DNA from: a virus | Strand: one strand, 5' to 3' | Virus record (IMG/VR): IMGVR_UViG_3300050144_000109 | Coordinates: 32,001-96,000 of that record | Length of the DNA stretch: 64,000 nt | Part shown: one piece after another, positions 19,500-29,323 of the stretch | How the letters are laid out: each line of letters starts with the position of its first letter | How positions within the stretch are numbered: the stretch's first letter is position 1 | Notes under the pieces: generated by a model | Told to the model about the DNA's origin: nothing | Databases searched by the model: none | Seen by the model: only the letters and a program-made list of their open reading frames with translations | Program-made: the position numbers and the translations under genes

Positions 19500-21024
19500 A
19501 GATCTTCTTACCAGTCATGTGCACAGCTTGTGACCGTGCTCTACCCTGGAAGAGTTCTACCTTATTGCGGTGGTATTCTACAGTCTTCTCGATGTTACTT
19601 GCTACGAAGTAATGCATCACAACGGGATGACCATCAGACAGTTCGCGCAGCCGCCCCATTGTTTGCACGTTGGACTGTTGACTGGCTACCATGTTGGTCA
19701 TGACCACATTGGTGAGGTCGGGAATGTCAATGGCCGTACCCAAGCTACCCAGAGTCGATACACAAATGTCACAGGTGTAGATGTTCTCGTCAGGATCCCC
19801 ACTGACCTTGCGTTTGATCCGGTAGTCAGGGAATACCTTTTTCAGGTAAGCCAAGATCAAGTCTACCATCTCAGTGGTATAAGCGTACACCACCGCTACT
19901 TTCTTCTTCCTCTCCACCCGGTCATAACCAAACTTGACAATCTCTGCAATCATCTCCAGGTAATTCTTACAGATTTTCCCTCTGGCCATGATAGATTCTT
20001 CAAACGCATTGTTACTGAACGTGGTTGCACCACGCTCCATCGTGCGAATGAATTCTGGATTCTCAAAGTCATAGTAGACGGCTATGACATCAATATACTT
20101 CTTCAGTGCAAGCTCTTTTGCCCTGCTCTCAGGCGGAAACATGACACGGTACATCTTCGAGATGAACGGATCCGCATTGAACAGTGTGGCAGACAAACTG
20201 ATAGAAGACTTCACATGGGTGTACAAATCCATCTTGAAACACAAATGGAAATGCATGTGGACTTCATCAATGACGCGTTCACTGGACTTCAAGTGCCGGT
20301 GCAAGTCATGCGGCACACACGCCCAACCCATCTCCAGCGTGTCTTTGCCAAAGAACTCATACTCTTTGATCCAGTTCTGAACTGTGGTATTAGAGATGAT
20401 GGCGCACTTGAATTCAAACGAATCATCAGCTCCTTTGACCAATAATGCTTTCAGCTCCTCACTGCCTCGCACAGTCAGAATGTCTTCTCGCTTTAAGTTG
20501 GTCGTCTTCAGCAGATCATCCACCCACTTCTGAATGAACATGGGTTTGACAATGACCAAGAAACGTTTCTTCTTGTTGACCAGTGCTTGCATAGAGGTAG
20601 CGCCCTTGCCCTGACCCGTCTGCATGCTCAGCAGCTTAGACACAGGCTTCTCGGCAGTGCAATAATCAGAAAAAGGGATCTGATGGTCTCGCATGACCCA
20701 GCCTTTCTTCATCTCTATCTCAATGTCTTTGCCTTCAAACTCACTTTCTTTTTCCATCTGAATGAAGTTAGGGTGGATGTTGACACGTTTTGTCGTCTCC
20801 AGGAATTCATTCAAGCAGTTGATGTGAAACCGAAACTCAGTATTGTCCTTGTTACTGGCAGCATATACCTTGGTCTTGACTCTTACCATCCGACCACGTT
20901 CAGGCTTGAAGCCCCATTGCACCATTTGGTTAGAGTAAATGAAACAAGCGTTCCTTGCTACGTGGTTGAGTCTGTCCACACGAAAATAGTGCGAACAAAC
21001 AGTGATGCGCATGTATGCAGCCAT
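19498..21024 (-). CDS. SF2 (DExH) helicase (phiKZ gp75-like)
   Basis: MQTGQGKG, IDEVH, SLSAT, QTMGRLR. Confidence 0.88.
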   Translation of the reverse strand: MAAYMRITVCSHYFRVDRLNHVARNACFIYSNQMVQWGFKPERGRMVRVKTKVYAASNKDNTEFRFHINCLNEFLETTKRVNIHPNFIQMEKESEFEGKDIEIEMKKGWVMRDHQIPFSDYCTAEKPVSKLLSMQTGQGKGATSMQALVNKKKRFLVIVKPMFIQKWVDDLLKTTNLKREDILTVRGSEELKALLVKGADDSFEFKCAIISNTTVQNWIKEYEFFGKDTLEMGWACVPHDLHRHLKSSERVIDEVHMHFHLCFKMDLYTHVKSSISLSATLFNADPFISKMYRVMFPPESRAKELALKKYIDVIAVYYDFENPEFIRTMERGATTFSNNAFEESIMARGKICKNYLEMIAEIVKFGYDRVERKKKVAVVYAYTTEMVDLILAYLKKVFPDYRIKRKVSGDPDENIYTCDICVSTLGSLGTAIDIPDLTNVVMTNMVASQQSNVQTMGRLRELSDGHPVVMHYFVASNIEKTVEYHRNKVELFQGRARSQAVHMTGKKI

Positions 21025-21198
21025 CGTGTACTTTCGATATCAAAAGGTCTTGATGAACTACCCTTGACCTCACTGGTCCAGAGTAGCATAAAGAACACAA
21101 GTGCGTATTTCTTCAATAGATGGGTCACTTCAATCATATTTCCCCAGCCATAAGTACCTATACCGTCGTACCCATTCCTAGGGCCGACGGTATAGGTA

Positions 21199-21504
21199 CT
21201 AGCTCTGAAGCTTACTTTTGATCTGCGCACTTCTATCCGTTTTGTTCGGGTTGTGTTCGATAGCAGTAGAACCACTTCCATACACCACCGTGCACTTGGC
21301 AAAAATCAAATTGACCAATTCTTCCAACTTGTTCCTCTCTGTAGCATTGTCTAGTTTAGCACGCATGATACCAATCATGTCTTCACGCTCACCGTCTTGT
21401 ACAGAAGCAATGGCTTTCTCTAGCCGGTCAATCTCCTCCAGTGTGGTAATAGGTCCCTTGACTTGGGTGATGAGTTTGGTCAAGTCAGCAGCTGACAACG
21501 GCAT
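21199..21504 (-). CDS. Hypothetical protein
   Basis: gaggg RBS before MPLSAAD; ~101 aa. Confidence 0.55.
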   Translation of the reverse strand: MPLSAADLTKLITQVKGPITTLEEIDRLEKAIASVQDGEREDMIGIMRAKLDNATERNKLEELVNLIFAKCTVVYGSGSTAIEHNPNKTDRSAQIKSKLQS

Positions 21505-21614
21505 GGTAATTAATCCCTCTATAAAAAGAAAACAAGAAAGGGCAGTGAGTTCCAGCAAGACTTTCTGCTAAAACCCACCACCCCCATCCATTCAAATATG
21601 ACTCAATGGATGTG

Positions 21615-23612
21615 TTACTTTCTATGCGATGGATGCGGTGTGGTGCTGTACTTGTAGGCAGACACTTTCCCAGGCATCAGCAACCAATCAAACGGATGGT
21701 CTGGTCGGTTGGTAAGTAGCGCCTGCTCAGAGTTGGTGAGCACTTGCTTGTGTCCTTGGAATGCCATCAGCGCCGACATGCTGCGACCGTTGTACATCTG
21801 CCGCAACGTTCCCTTGCTCATGTTCTCATCCCAAGCTTTCGGGATTCTGAAGTTCTTGGTCTCAGCATCACTGACCATGTTTGCCAACAACACCACTTCC
21901 AGGATAGCCAAGTTCACATTCAGCTTCTTGTTGACAAGGTGGTGGAAGTCAGCCAGCATCACGTCGATGCTTTCCTGCGCATACTTCTCATCACGGTCTT
22001 CTTTTTCCAAGAAGTTCTCGATGTCTTGCTGGTGGTCAGACATGTTGAAGTGACGAATAGGCAGGCTCATCATGGGCTGGGTGTAGTCCCAGTCTTTCAT
22101 GTCCACCAAGAACTGCCCCTGGTTGCTGATGGTCCATCCATTCTTTCGGATGTAGTCCAGCAATTCATGCGTCATGTTGGCTTGGCGCTTGTTCAGTGTC
22201 AGATGCAGGTTGACCGCTTCTTCTACTCCTTTCCTGTCCAAGCACACGATCAACAAGTTCTCAAACACGCCGATGCGCACAGGGTCCAGCTTTCTGACAT
22301 CATCAACCTTCATCAAGTCAGTCAGACTCGGTGCTTGCTCTGGCTTGATGACCAGCTGCAAAGAAGTAAACCGCTTATTGCTCTGGTTCAAGAAGTAAAT
22401 ACTACCTCCCTCTTCAGCCCACAGGTATTTGGCTTCCTTGCCATCCAAGCTGATGCCTTCCACCACAGACGATCCGTCGTAATGTTTGGTAGACAGCACA
22501 TTCTGAGACACTTTCTGCATCTCTGAGACACAGCAATGATGACCAATGTTGGTTCCTGGCAAGATCGTGTCTGCCAAAGCACCAAAGCAAACCCCACAAA
22601 TCCCATAAGGATCAGGGTGCCTACAGCCACCCACCACACTGCGCATCATGATGTTGGTGCCAATCAGCTCTTTGCTGTCAGCAGTCACCACCTTCAACCC
22701 ATCCGACAAGTCATCCCAGTAATACTTCCCAAGGATGGTGTTCAGGCTGGTCACAAACCACTTGATGTATTTCCTAGACCCACAGTCACCCAAGTGCAAG
22801 TTGCGAACGTTCATGCAGATGAGCTGCTGTCGCCGTGAGAAGTACTCACTCTTTTGAAGTGGACTCTCAGAGAACTTCAATGCCTTGGCAGCACTGCGAG
22901 ACTCCATGGCCATGTCAGCAGCCGTTCGAATCCCTTTGGTGAAGTTGGTCAGGATGGGTCTTGGGAACACAGCCGAGTTGATGTCGGTCAAGTACCCCCG
23001 AATCACACAGCACTGCAAGAGCTGTTCCACACGCACCACACCCGCATTGGTAGCCTGCACCAGTGGATTAGCTGCTAGTGCAGGGTCAGACCTGATCGCC
23101 TCTTTAGCGACCTTGTAGACACCGTCAATGCCCTCCTGGGTAGGGAACATCTCCGAAATAGCTTTGACAATCCCCTCATGCTTGGTGATCTGAATGAAAT
23201 CCAAAATGTCAAACGACGTGACAAATTCCTCCAGTTCCTCAGAGAAGTCGCAGTACATGTTGTTGGCAATGATGTATCCCAATCGTGCCAAATCCACCAA
23301 CAGCGATTGCGTGTTCTTCACCTCGAACTTGTACGTGTCATACACATCGAACAAGACATTTCGAATCAAATTCAGATGTGTCTTTGATCCAATCATCCCA
23401 TTCTTGATCACACTGCGCAGAAAGTGTGATTTCAACAACGGTGTCTTCGGATACTTCCTGTGGAACTCCCAAGCATAGTGAGAGAAGATCACATCCTTCT
23501 CATTACTTTCCATTACGCCATCTTCAAACTCAATGAGGAAGTCTGCGTTCAGACGACCCCAAATGGTCTTGATGGGCAGCTTGACAAACTTTCTAGCTTG
23601 AACAGTAATCAA
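21615..23612 (-). CDS. rpoC: Non-virion RNA polymerase beta' C-terminal subunit (phiKZ gp74-like)
   Basis: GDCGS, RSVVGGC...GICGVCFG, QNVLSTKH; follows the beta gene. Confidence 0.9.
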   Translation of the reverse strand: MITVQARKFVKLPIKTIWGRLNADFLIEFEDGVMESNEKDVIFSHYAWEFHRKYPKTPLLKSHFLRSVIKNGMIGSKTHLNLIRNVLFDVYDTYKFEVKNTQSLLVDLARLGYIIANNMYCDFSEELEEFVTSFDILDFIQITKHEGIVKAISEMFPTQEGIDGVYKVAKEAIRSDPALAANPLVQATNAGVVRVEQLLQCCVIRGYLTDINSAVFPRPILTNFTKGIRTAADMAMESRSAAKALKFSESPLQKSEYFSRRQQLICMNVRNLHLGDCGSRKYIKWFVTSLNTILGKYYWDDLSDGLKVVTADSKELIGTNIMMRSVVGGCRHPDPYGICGVCFGALADTILPGTNIGHHCCVSEMQKVSQNVLSTKHYDGSSVVEGISLDGKEAKYLWAEEGGSIYFLNQSNKRFTSLQLVIKPEQAPSLTDLMKVDDVRKLDPVRIGVFENLLIVCLDRKGVEEAVNLHLTLNKRQANMTHELLDYIRKNGWTISNQGQFLVDMKDWDYTQPMMSLPIRHFNMSDHQQDIENFLEKEDRDEKYAQESIDVMLADFHHLVNKKLNVNLAILEVVLLANMVSDAETKNFRIPKAWDENMSKGTLRQMYNGRSMSALMAFQGHKQVLTNSEQALLTNRPDHPFDWLLMPGKVSAYKYSTTPHPSHRK

Positions 23613-23627
23613 GATATCTCCTTGTCT

Positions 23628-25796
23628 TTACTTGGCAACGTAAGGGCTGAACTCAAACTTCCATCCGGCACACTCAGCCATGTGGTTGATGAATTGCATC
23701 GGGCGACTACTGCCCAGTGGGTGCTCCACCCGGTCGATGTTGTAGTCGATGTTGCTTGGCTTGTCAGCAGTCAGGATACTCAGACACACCAACGCATGTG
23801 ACGCTGGCGAGTTGTTTCTGTCAATCACTTCAGCTGCAAACTCCCCTTCATCACAGTTGGCTGCCAGGATACGAATACCTGCTTCGTCAGTACCCCGGAT
23901 AGGATTCTTTCGAGCAGCATCTGCATACTTGCCTTCCTTGGTGATCTGTGCAGGAACGCCGTGTACCTGTGAACGCGGACTGGCCACAGAGTTACCGTCC
24001 CGACCGTCCTTCTCCAGCACCAGGATGTGAAGCTTTCCGAGACGCACTGCTTGTCGCGTAGTGCGATGCTTCCCTGAATTCCCCACATATTGCACAGGTG
24101 CGTAGTTGGGCTTATAGATACTTTCCTCCAAATCGCTCACGACATCCATCAATCCCTTCTGAGCATCTGTAGGCATCCAAAGCGTGATGCCGTGCGACAG
24201 AATGGTCGTCATGTACTTGATTCGATCAGCACCCACTTCCCCAGATTCAATCAATTCACTGACCTCTGGAGTTGCGATCTTGTACATGCCATACAGGTGC
24301 CCAAACAAGGACTCGATACTTTCCTTTGGCAAGCCCAGCAAATGCTGGCGCACATCCTTTTCCCGCATGTTCTTGTGAATGCCTGCCATTTGACAGAGTT
24401 GTTGATGAACAGTATCTGCCATGTCGGTGAGGTACGGCTCGTAAGCACGACCGAGATTCATCCGTGCCAATGTTCCGTTCGGGTCGACAATGATTTCGGC
24501 AACGTGACCGTACTCGTCTTTGGGCATTTCTTCATGCTTCTTGATTTCACAGATAACGCCTTTGCCTCCGTGCAGATCAGTTAGCTTCGATCCAAGGTTT
24601 GCTTGAATCTCATACTCGATGACAAACTCAATCTGAAACAAATCAATCAGCTGCTGCCGGTGGATCAGCTTGACTTTCTGTGCAGGCCGAACATCCCCAC
24701 TACTTCGATTACCGCGTGACTCCCCCACCACAGAAATCGCAGTGACCACTAGAGAAGAGAACTCAGGAGTCAGTCGCAGTGCAGCACCAAAGCGCTTGTT
24801 CAGATCCTTGTGGATACCCAGCACCCGCTCCAAGAACTTCTTTCGTGCGGTGTAATACTTCAGTGCCTGCTTGTCAATGACAGGGGACTTTGAAGTTGCA
24901 TTGATGTCATGGTGAACGATGATGTCAATCACACGGCCACCAGGACCGTCTGCATAGACCTTCTTGTCAAACATGTAGTCTACAGTCTGACAGTCCTTGT
25001 ATGACATCATGACAGGGGCCAGAATGGCAGGCTCATAAGGACGCAAAGCCATCAACAGACCATCGCTGCGAATCGTGTCTCCAATGTCCGGGAATGGTTT
25101 GTAGATGTCATCGTTGCCATACAGGTTCAATGCGAAGTGGTCCTTTCCATAACCAACAGTTCGGGTCTGGTAGGTGTTGTAGCGGAACTTCTTGATGGCT
25201 TGGTCACTCACCACGATCGCATCTTCAGCACCACCGGGCGCTGTGATGAATGCTGTGATGCACTCAGTCCCCAATCGGTAATCCCCCTGATCACTCACAT
25301 TGGGAGAGTCCAGAAACACTGTGTCCTTGGGGATGAAAGCTCCCTTACGGATCATCGTGTGTCCAGCACCCGGTTTGTATTGGAATCCAAAGTACGTGTG
25401 CTTGGAGCAGTAACTTCGCAGAGAGATCATGCCAATCTCCCGCGTATCCCTGTCCTCATAGATCAACACCGTCTCAGGGTTCAGTCGAATGGAATCATAT
25501 CCAATCCCAGATTCATCGTAACGACTCAGTACCTCCAGAATCAGAATGTTGCCAGGTGCACGTTCTCCCAGTGTGTACTTCCTGAACTCAGACTCCACCC
25601 CCGTTTGAATGATCTTGTTGGAAGCCCCTTTGATGACCAGTGCTTGCCCCAATTGAGAAGCCGTCATCTGTGCCCGAGACGAGCTGTCGTGCGCTACAGA
25701 GAAGCTCAGTCCGTTGACAGACAGGATCCGAGGATCCAGCTGTGACTGGTCCGCTGGCGCTAATTCAATGCTTTCTTTCGTGTATGCTTTCACCAT
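23628..25796 (-). CDS. rpoB: Non-virion RNA polymerase beta C-terminal subunit (phiKZ gp71/73-like), uninterrupted
   Basis: HDSSSRAQM, EDAIVVS, GSKLTDLHGGKGVI, DPNGTLARMNLG. Confidence 0.92.
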   Translation of the reverse strand: MVKAYTKESIELAPADQSQLDPRILSVNGLSFSVAHDSSSRAQMTASQLGQALVIKGASNKIIQTGVESEFRKYTLGERAPGNILILEVLSRYDESGIGYDSIRLNPETVLIYEDRDTREIGMISLRSYCSKHTYFGFQYKPGAGHTMIRKGAFIPKDTVFLDSPNVSDQGDYRLGTECITAFITAPGGAEDAIVVSDQAIKKFRYNTYQTRTVGYGKDHFALNLYGNDDIYKPFPDIGDTIRSDGLLMALRPYEPAILAPVMMSYKDCQTVDYMFDKKVYADGPGGRVIDIIVHHDINATSKSPVIDKQALKYYTARKKFLERVLGIHKDLNKRFGAALRLTPEFSSLVVTAISVVGESRGNRSSGDVRPAQKVKLIHRQQLIDLFQIEFVIEYEIQANLGSKLTDLHGGKGVICEIKKHEEMPKDEYGHVAEIIVDPNGTLARMNLGRAYEPYLTDMADTVHQQLCQMAGIHKNMREKDVRQHLLGLPKESIESLFGHLYGMYKIATPEVSELIESGEVGADRIKYMTTILSHGITLWMPTDAQKGLMDVVSDLEESIYKPNYAPVQYVGNSGKHRTTRQAVRLGKLHILVLEKDGRDGNSVASPRSQVHGVPAQITKEGKYADAARKNPIRGTDEAGIRILAANCDEGEFAAEVIDRNNSPASHALVCLSILTADKPSNIDYNIDRVEHPLGSSRPMQFINHMAECAGWKFEFSPYVAK

Positions 25797-25918
25797 GATT
25801 CTTATTTCCTTGGTATTGTTCACTCATCAGGTTAGACACGTACTCCGACAACCGTTGGGTAGTGGGAGTACGAAGGCAAGCAGACACCAAACTGTGTTTT
25901 CACTATTGGTATCTCAAA

Positions 25919-25950
25919 TCAATAATGTGTGGTTATGTTTTTTTCGAATG
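25919..25950 (-). promoter_or_regulatory. Putative early promoter upstream of nvRNAP beta
   Basis: Minus strand cattcgaaaaaaacataaccacacattattg. Confidence 0.5.
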
Positions 25951-25962
25951 AGGAATCGCAGC

Positions 25963-26304
25963 ATGGATGTCGATAAATTAATGATCAGTCCTGGCGCTGA
26001 CTGGCTGTACAGTGAAGAATTCAAAGTCGTGATTGAGAGTCATCTGGGGTTCATCAGACAGTCTTCCAGTACAAAGGTCATGACCATCACGCCAGAGAAC
26101 GTGAGAATCTTCAAAAATGATTTCTATGGATTACTCACCTCAATCAAGATCAAACCTAGAGACTTTTGGATCATCTTGAGAATCAACAACATGCACAATC
26201 CACAAGAATTCGATGAAACCAAGAATGTGGTATTTGTTCCAGACAATCGCACATTACAGCACATCAAGATGGCGCACAAAAGCATCAGTGCCATCACGAC
26301 ATAA
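25963..26304 (+). CDS. Small LysM-like / baseplate wedge-like protein
   Basis: gagga RBS; FWIILRINNMHNPQEF...VFVPD resembles LysM/T4 gp53-type proteins; opposite strand to its neighbours. Confidence 0.55.
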   Translation: MDVDKLMISPGADWLYSEEFKVVIESHLGFIRQSSSTKVMTITPENVRIFKNDFYGLLTSIKIKPRDFWIILRINNMHNPQEFDETKNVVFVPDNRTLQHIKMAHKSISAITT

Positions 26305-26323
26305 AAAAGAAATCAAGAAGAGG

Positions 26324-26366
26324 CTACCAACTACAGCTAGGTAAACACCTTTGCTGTAGTTGGTAG
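26324..26366. terminator. Stem-loop between convergent genes
   Basis: ctaccaactacagc...gctgtagttggtag. Confidence 0.7.
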
Positions 26367-26387
26367 TTTCTTATGACGTCAAGTCTT

Positions 26388-27875
26388 TCAGTAGCCTGTG
26401 CCCTGCATCATTCCACCACCCAGATGACTTTGGCGGACAGGAGTCATCCGCTGCCAGTCACTTGCACTGACGACTGCAGGATTCGTCAGGACTGGCTGCT
26501 GTTGCTGCTGGAATGGCTGCTGCGCTTGTTGGATGTAGGTGTACGTTCCATCCGCCATGCGCACCATGGGTCGTCCATTGGCATCCATAACTGTACCGGG
26601 CGCCACCATTTGGGCTGGCTGAGGCTGCTGGATTGGTTGTGAGAACGCTCCAGCATTGTCCAGCATCCGTGCAGTGGTCGGATTGAGTCGCTGTGGTTGC
26701 TGCGGCTGCATTTGCTGACTCTGCACAGGAATCAGCTGACCATTGATCAGGTAACACGGACGTTGGTACTGATCCATGTAGATCTGCTGTTGCGCCATGC
26801 TAGGGCGCCAAGCCACTGCAGTACGCGCTCCTTGATCCAGCACAGGCGCTGGCTGGACTGAAGGATGATACATCGCTGCAGCCACGGGTGCGGGCACACT
26901 TGGAGGAGGGGGGACGTGCTGCGGAAGCTCCGGGTAAATGACCGGCATGGTGGGTGCAGGCACGTGCGGCTTGGGAATGGGTGCAGGAGCAACAGCCTTT
27001 GTACCTCCTCCATCTTGCATGGGAATGGCACGAATCTCTGCCAACATGGAGTGTGCGTTTTCAAGCTCCTCCATCCAATTAAGATCCGCCTTGACCACAT
27101 CCATGTTTCCAATGAAACGCTCGAATGCATCTGCTGTGTCATTGATCTCTTGCGTGATCTTTGCCACAGCCCGCAGCATACAGTCGAAGCTAGGACCCAC
27201 ATCCGACACACTGCCCATGTTGTACTTGCCAGGTACATCAATGTCAGTGATGACATACTGGTACAGCTTCATCAGCGCATCTTTGTCCTTGTTGCGCAGC
27301 GTCACAGTGCCCAGCTTCTTTCCACCCTCACTGACCATCTTCTTCAGTGCTTCGTACATCGGCCATGACACAATGGCACCACGTGCGTAGGTTCGATCAC
27401 CAATGCGGGCTTGCTTCTTGATGAACAGATGCACGCTGACCAGAGAATCATCCTTGCCAGCTTGTGTGCAGATCTGTAGCCACTTGGAAGCAGTGTCAGC
27501 ATCCACGTCCTTCAGCAGCAGCAGCAAATCAGATTGCTCTGAATTGGTCTTGCTGTGTTCGCCCACATTGACAGCCAGGTTGATGAGCTCACCCATGAGC
27601 GTCGTCAGACGCAAGTGCATGGCTTGCGCCATGACGGTACGCAGCCGCTCCATCACTGCAGTCTCACCGCCCGCAGCAGCTTCCAGGAGAGGATGCACAA
27701 TGGCCAGCTCAGGCCCACGACGCAGATTGTCCTGCGTAGGCAGCGCCATCCGTTTGCCCTTGGTCATGGCATGGTGTTTGCGCTCCCCAAATTGGAAGCT
27801 AATCAGGCAGTCATCTTCGGTAACCAAGTTACCCATGGGCAGCACGCGCTTGTAGAAGTCAATCAGTTTTGACAT
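26388..27875 (-). CDS. Core protein (phiKZ gp70-like) with Pro/Gln-rich tail
   Basis: Synteny between PicA and nvRNAP beta; low-complexity C-terminal ~200 aa. Confidence 0.7.
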   Translation of the reverse strand: MSKLIDFYKRVLPMGNLVTEDDCLISFQFGERKHHAMTKGKRMALPTQDNLRRGPELAIVHPLLEAAAGGETAVMERLRTVMAQAMHLRLTTLMGELINLAVNVGEHSKTNSEQSDLLLLLKDVDADTASKWLQICTQAGKDDSLVSVHLFIKKQARIGDRTYARGAIVSWPMYEALKKMVSEGGKKLGTVTLRNKDKDALMKLYQYVITDIDVPGKYNMGSVSDVGPSFDCMLRAVAKITQEINDTADAFERFIGNMDVVKADLNWMEELENAHSMLAEIRAIPMQDGGGTKAVAPAPIPKPHVPAPTMPVIYPELPQHVPPPPSVPAPVAAAMYHPSVQPAPVLDQGARTAVAWRPSMAQQQIYMDQYQRPCYLINGQLIPVQSQQMQPQQPQRLNPTTARMLDNAGAFSQPIQQPQPAQMVAPGTVMDANGRPMVRMADGTYTYIQQAQQPFQQQQQPVLTNPAVVSASDWQRMTPVRQSHLGGGMMQGTGY

Positions 27876-27891
27876 ATTCGTTTCTCCTTGA

Positions 27892-29289
27892 TCAGTAAAG
27901 GTTACCCAGACCGGACACGCTGCTCAACACAGTGTCCACACTCTGGTACAGGTATTCAACTCCCGACGGATTGCGGGAGATGACAGGTGCGACTAACGAG
28001 TCGCAGAAAGACGGGAACGAATAAGGGATGAACATCCCCACACCGTCCAGACGAAGGTGAATGGTCGTGATGCCGAACAAGTCACAGTTCACCATGGCTT
28101 CGAAGAACATGAAACCACCCACCAGCGTCGGCATCAACTCTTTCTCAATGACAAACTTGAATCCCTGGAACATGTTGGTCATGTCCTGGTGACCTGTCAT
28201 GGAGGCGAAGTCAGAGAGCAACACATCGGTACCCGTCATCATGTTGAATTGCATGCGAGAGAACCCAAACCGATTCAGGTAAGCGGGCACACTCTGGCCG
28301 ATGATGGTGGCCACTTGAGTCGCCATGTCACTGCCAGCCCAGTGCTCGCCTTCAAACCCCAGTACCGAAGTGCTTTCCACGTGCATGACGTTGACCGCGT
28401 TGGGGTCCAGAACACAGAGCTCACCGAACGTGAAACTGTTCGGAGTGAGAACAATCCTGTTCTTGGTCGCCAGCAACGACAAGAAACTGTCACGGGTCAC
28501 AGTCGGGTTCTTGACAGAATGGTAGGCATTGTCCAGCACAGACTCTTGTGCGCCCTGGTATTCCATCGAGTGCTTGCTGCCGAGGTAGTTGCCCACCAAG
28601 TCTCCCAGATAGCCAGATGCTGTGCTGTGCTTGAAGGTACTCTTCACGGGCACCATACCGACGTTCTTGGTGGTGTTCGACTCGAAGCTCAATCCTGCCT
28701 GGTAGTGGGTAGCGTCATTCATGGCTTGCAACGCATCTTGCGGACGCTGCAGGTAGACCCGGTCCTGGCTGGGTGTGTTGTCAAACTGACTGTTGGAAAT
28801 GACGAGTGATCCCTCCTTCATCATTCCAGCGGTAGGCACGCTGGCGTTCGGATTCATGGCCTGAATCTGATTGATGTAGAAACGCAGATTCGGGCTGATG
28901 TGCATGCCGTACGACACATCGAAGTATTCCGTAAATCCGCTGATGATCTCGATGAAGCGCATGCCCATGGTGTCTTGCACTTCCACATGCAGCACCCAGC
29001 GCATGCGTTCTTGCCGCCAGCCGTAAGGAATTACTGCCAGCCCTTCATGCGTAGCAGCAGGGCGAATCATCTTGCCTGCAGCGCCAGCAATCGTGGCTGA
29101 TGTCACGCCCAGATTCTCTTGCACGCTGCTCGTGATCTCATTCATCACCTCGTAGTCCAAGCTCGACTGGAACGGACGCAGAAACACCTCATTCATGGGT
29201 GCGGTCTTTTGCATCAGCAACTTGACAACACGCAGGTTGTTGGTGGCGTACATGGAAGGGGAGGTGGTGTAGCTGATTTGTTGGCTCAT
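27892..29289 (-). CDS. picA: Phage-nucleus protein import factor PicA/Imp1 (phiKZ gp69-like)
   Basis: 465 aa, directly after the gp68-like gene. Assignment mainly by synteny and size. Confidence 0.7.
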   Translation of the reverse strand: MSQQISYTTSPSMYATNNLRVVKLLMQKTAPMNEVFLRPFQSSLDYEVMNEITSSVQENLGVTSATIAGAAGKMIRPAATHEGLAVIPYGWRQERMRWVLHVEVQDTMGMRFIEIISGFTEYFDVSYGMHISPNLRFYINQIQAMNPNASVPTAGMMKEGSLVISNSQFDNTPSQDRVYLQRPQDALQAMNDATHYQAGLSFESNTTKNVGMVPVKSTFKHSTASGYLGDLVGNYLGSKHSMEYQGAQESVLDNAYHSVKNPTVTRDSFLSLLATKNRIVLTPNSFTFGELCVLDPNAVNVMHVESTSVLGFEGEHWAGSDMATQVATIIGQSVPAYLNRFGFSRMQFNMMTGTDVLLSDFASMTGHQDMTNMFQGFKFVIEKELMPTLVGGFMFFEAMVNCDLFGITTIHLRLDGVGMFIPYSFPSFCDSLVAPVISRNPSGVEYLYQSVDTVLSSVSGLGNLY

Positions 29290-29323
29290 GGTACTTTTCT
29301 CTTCAGTGGTTGGATGGATTGGT

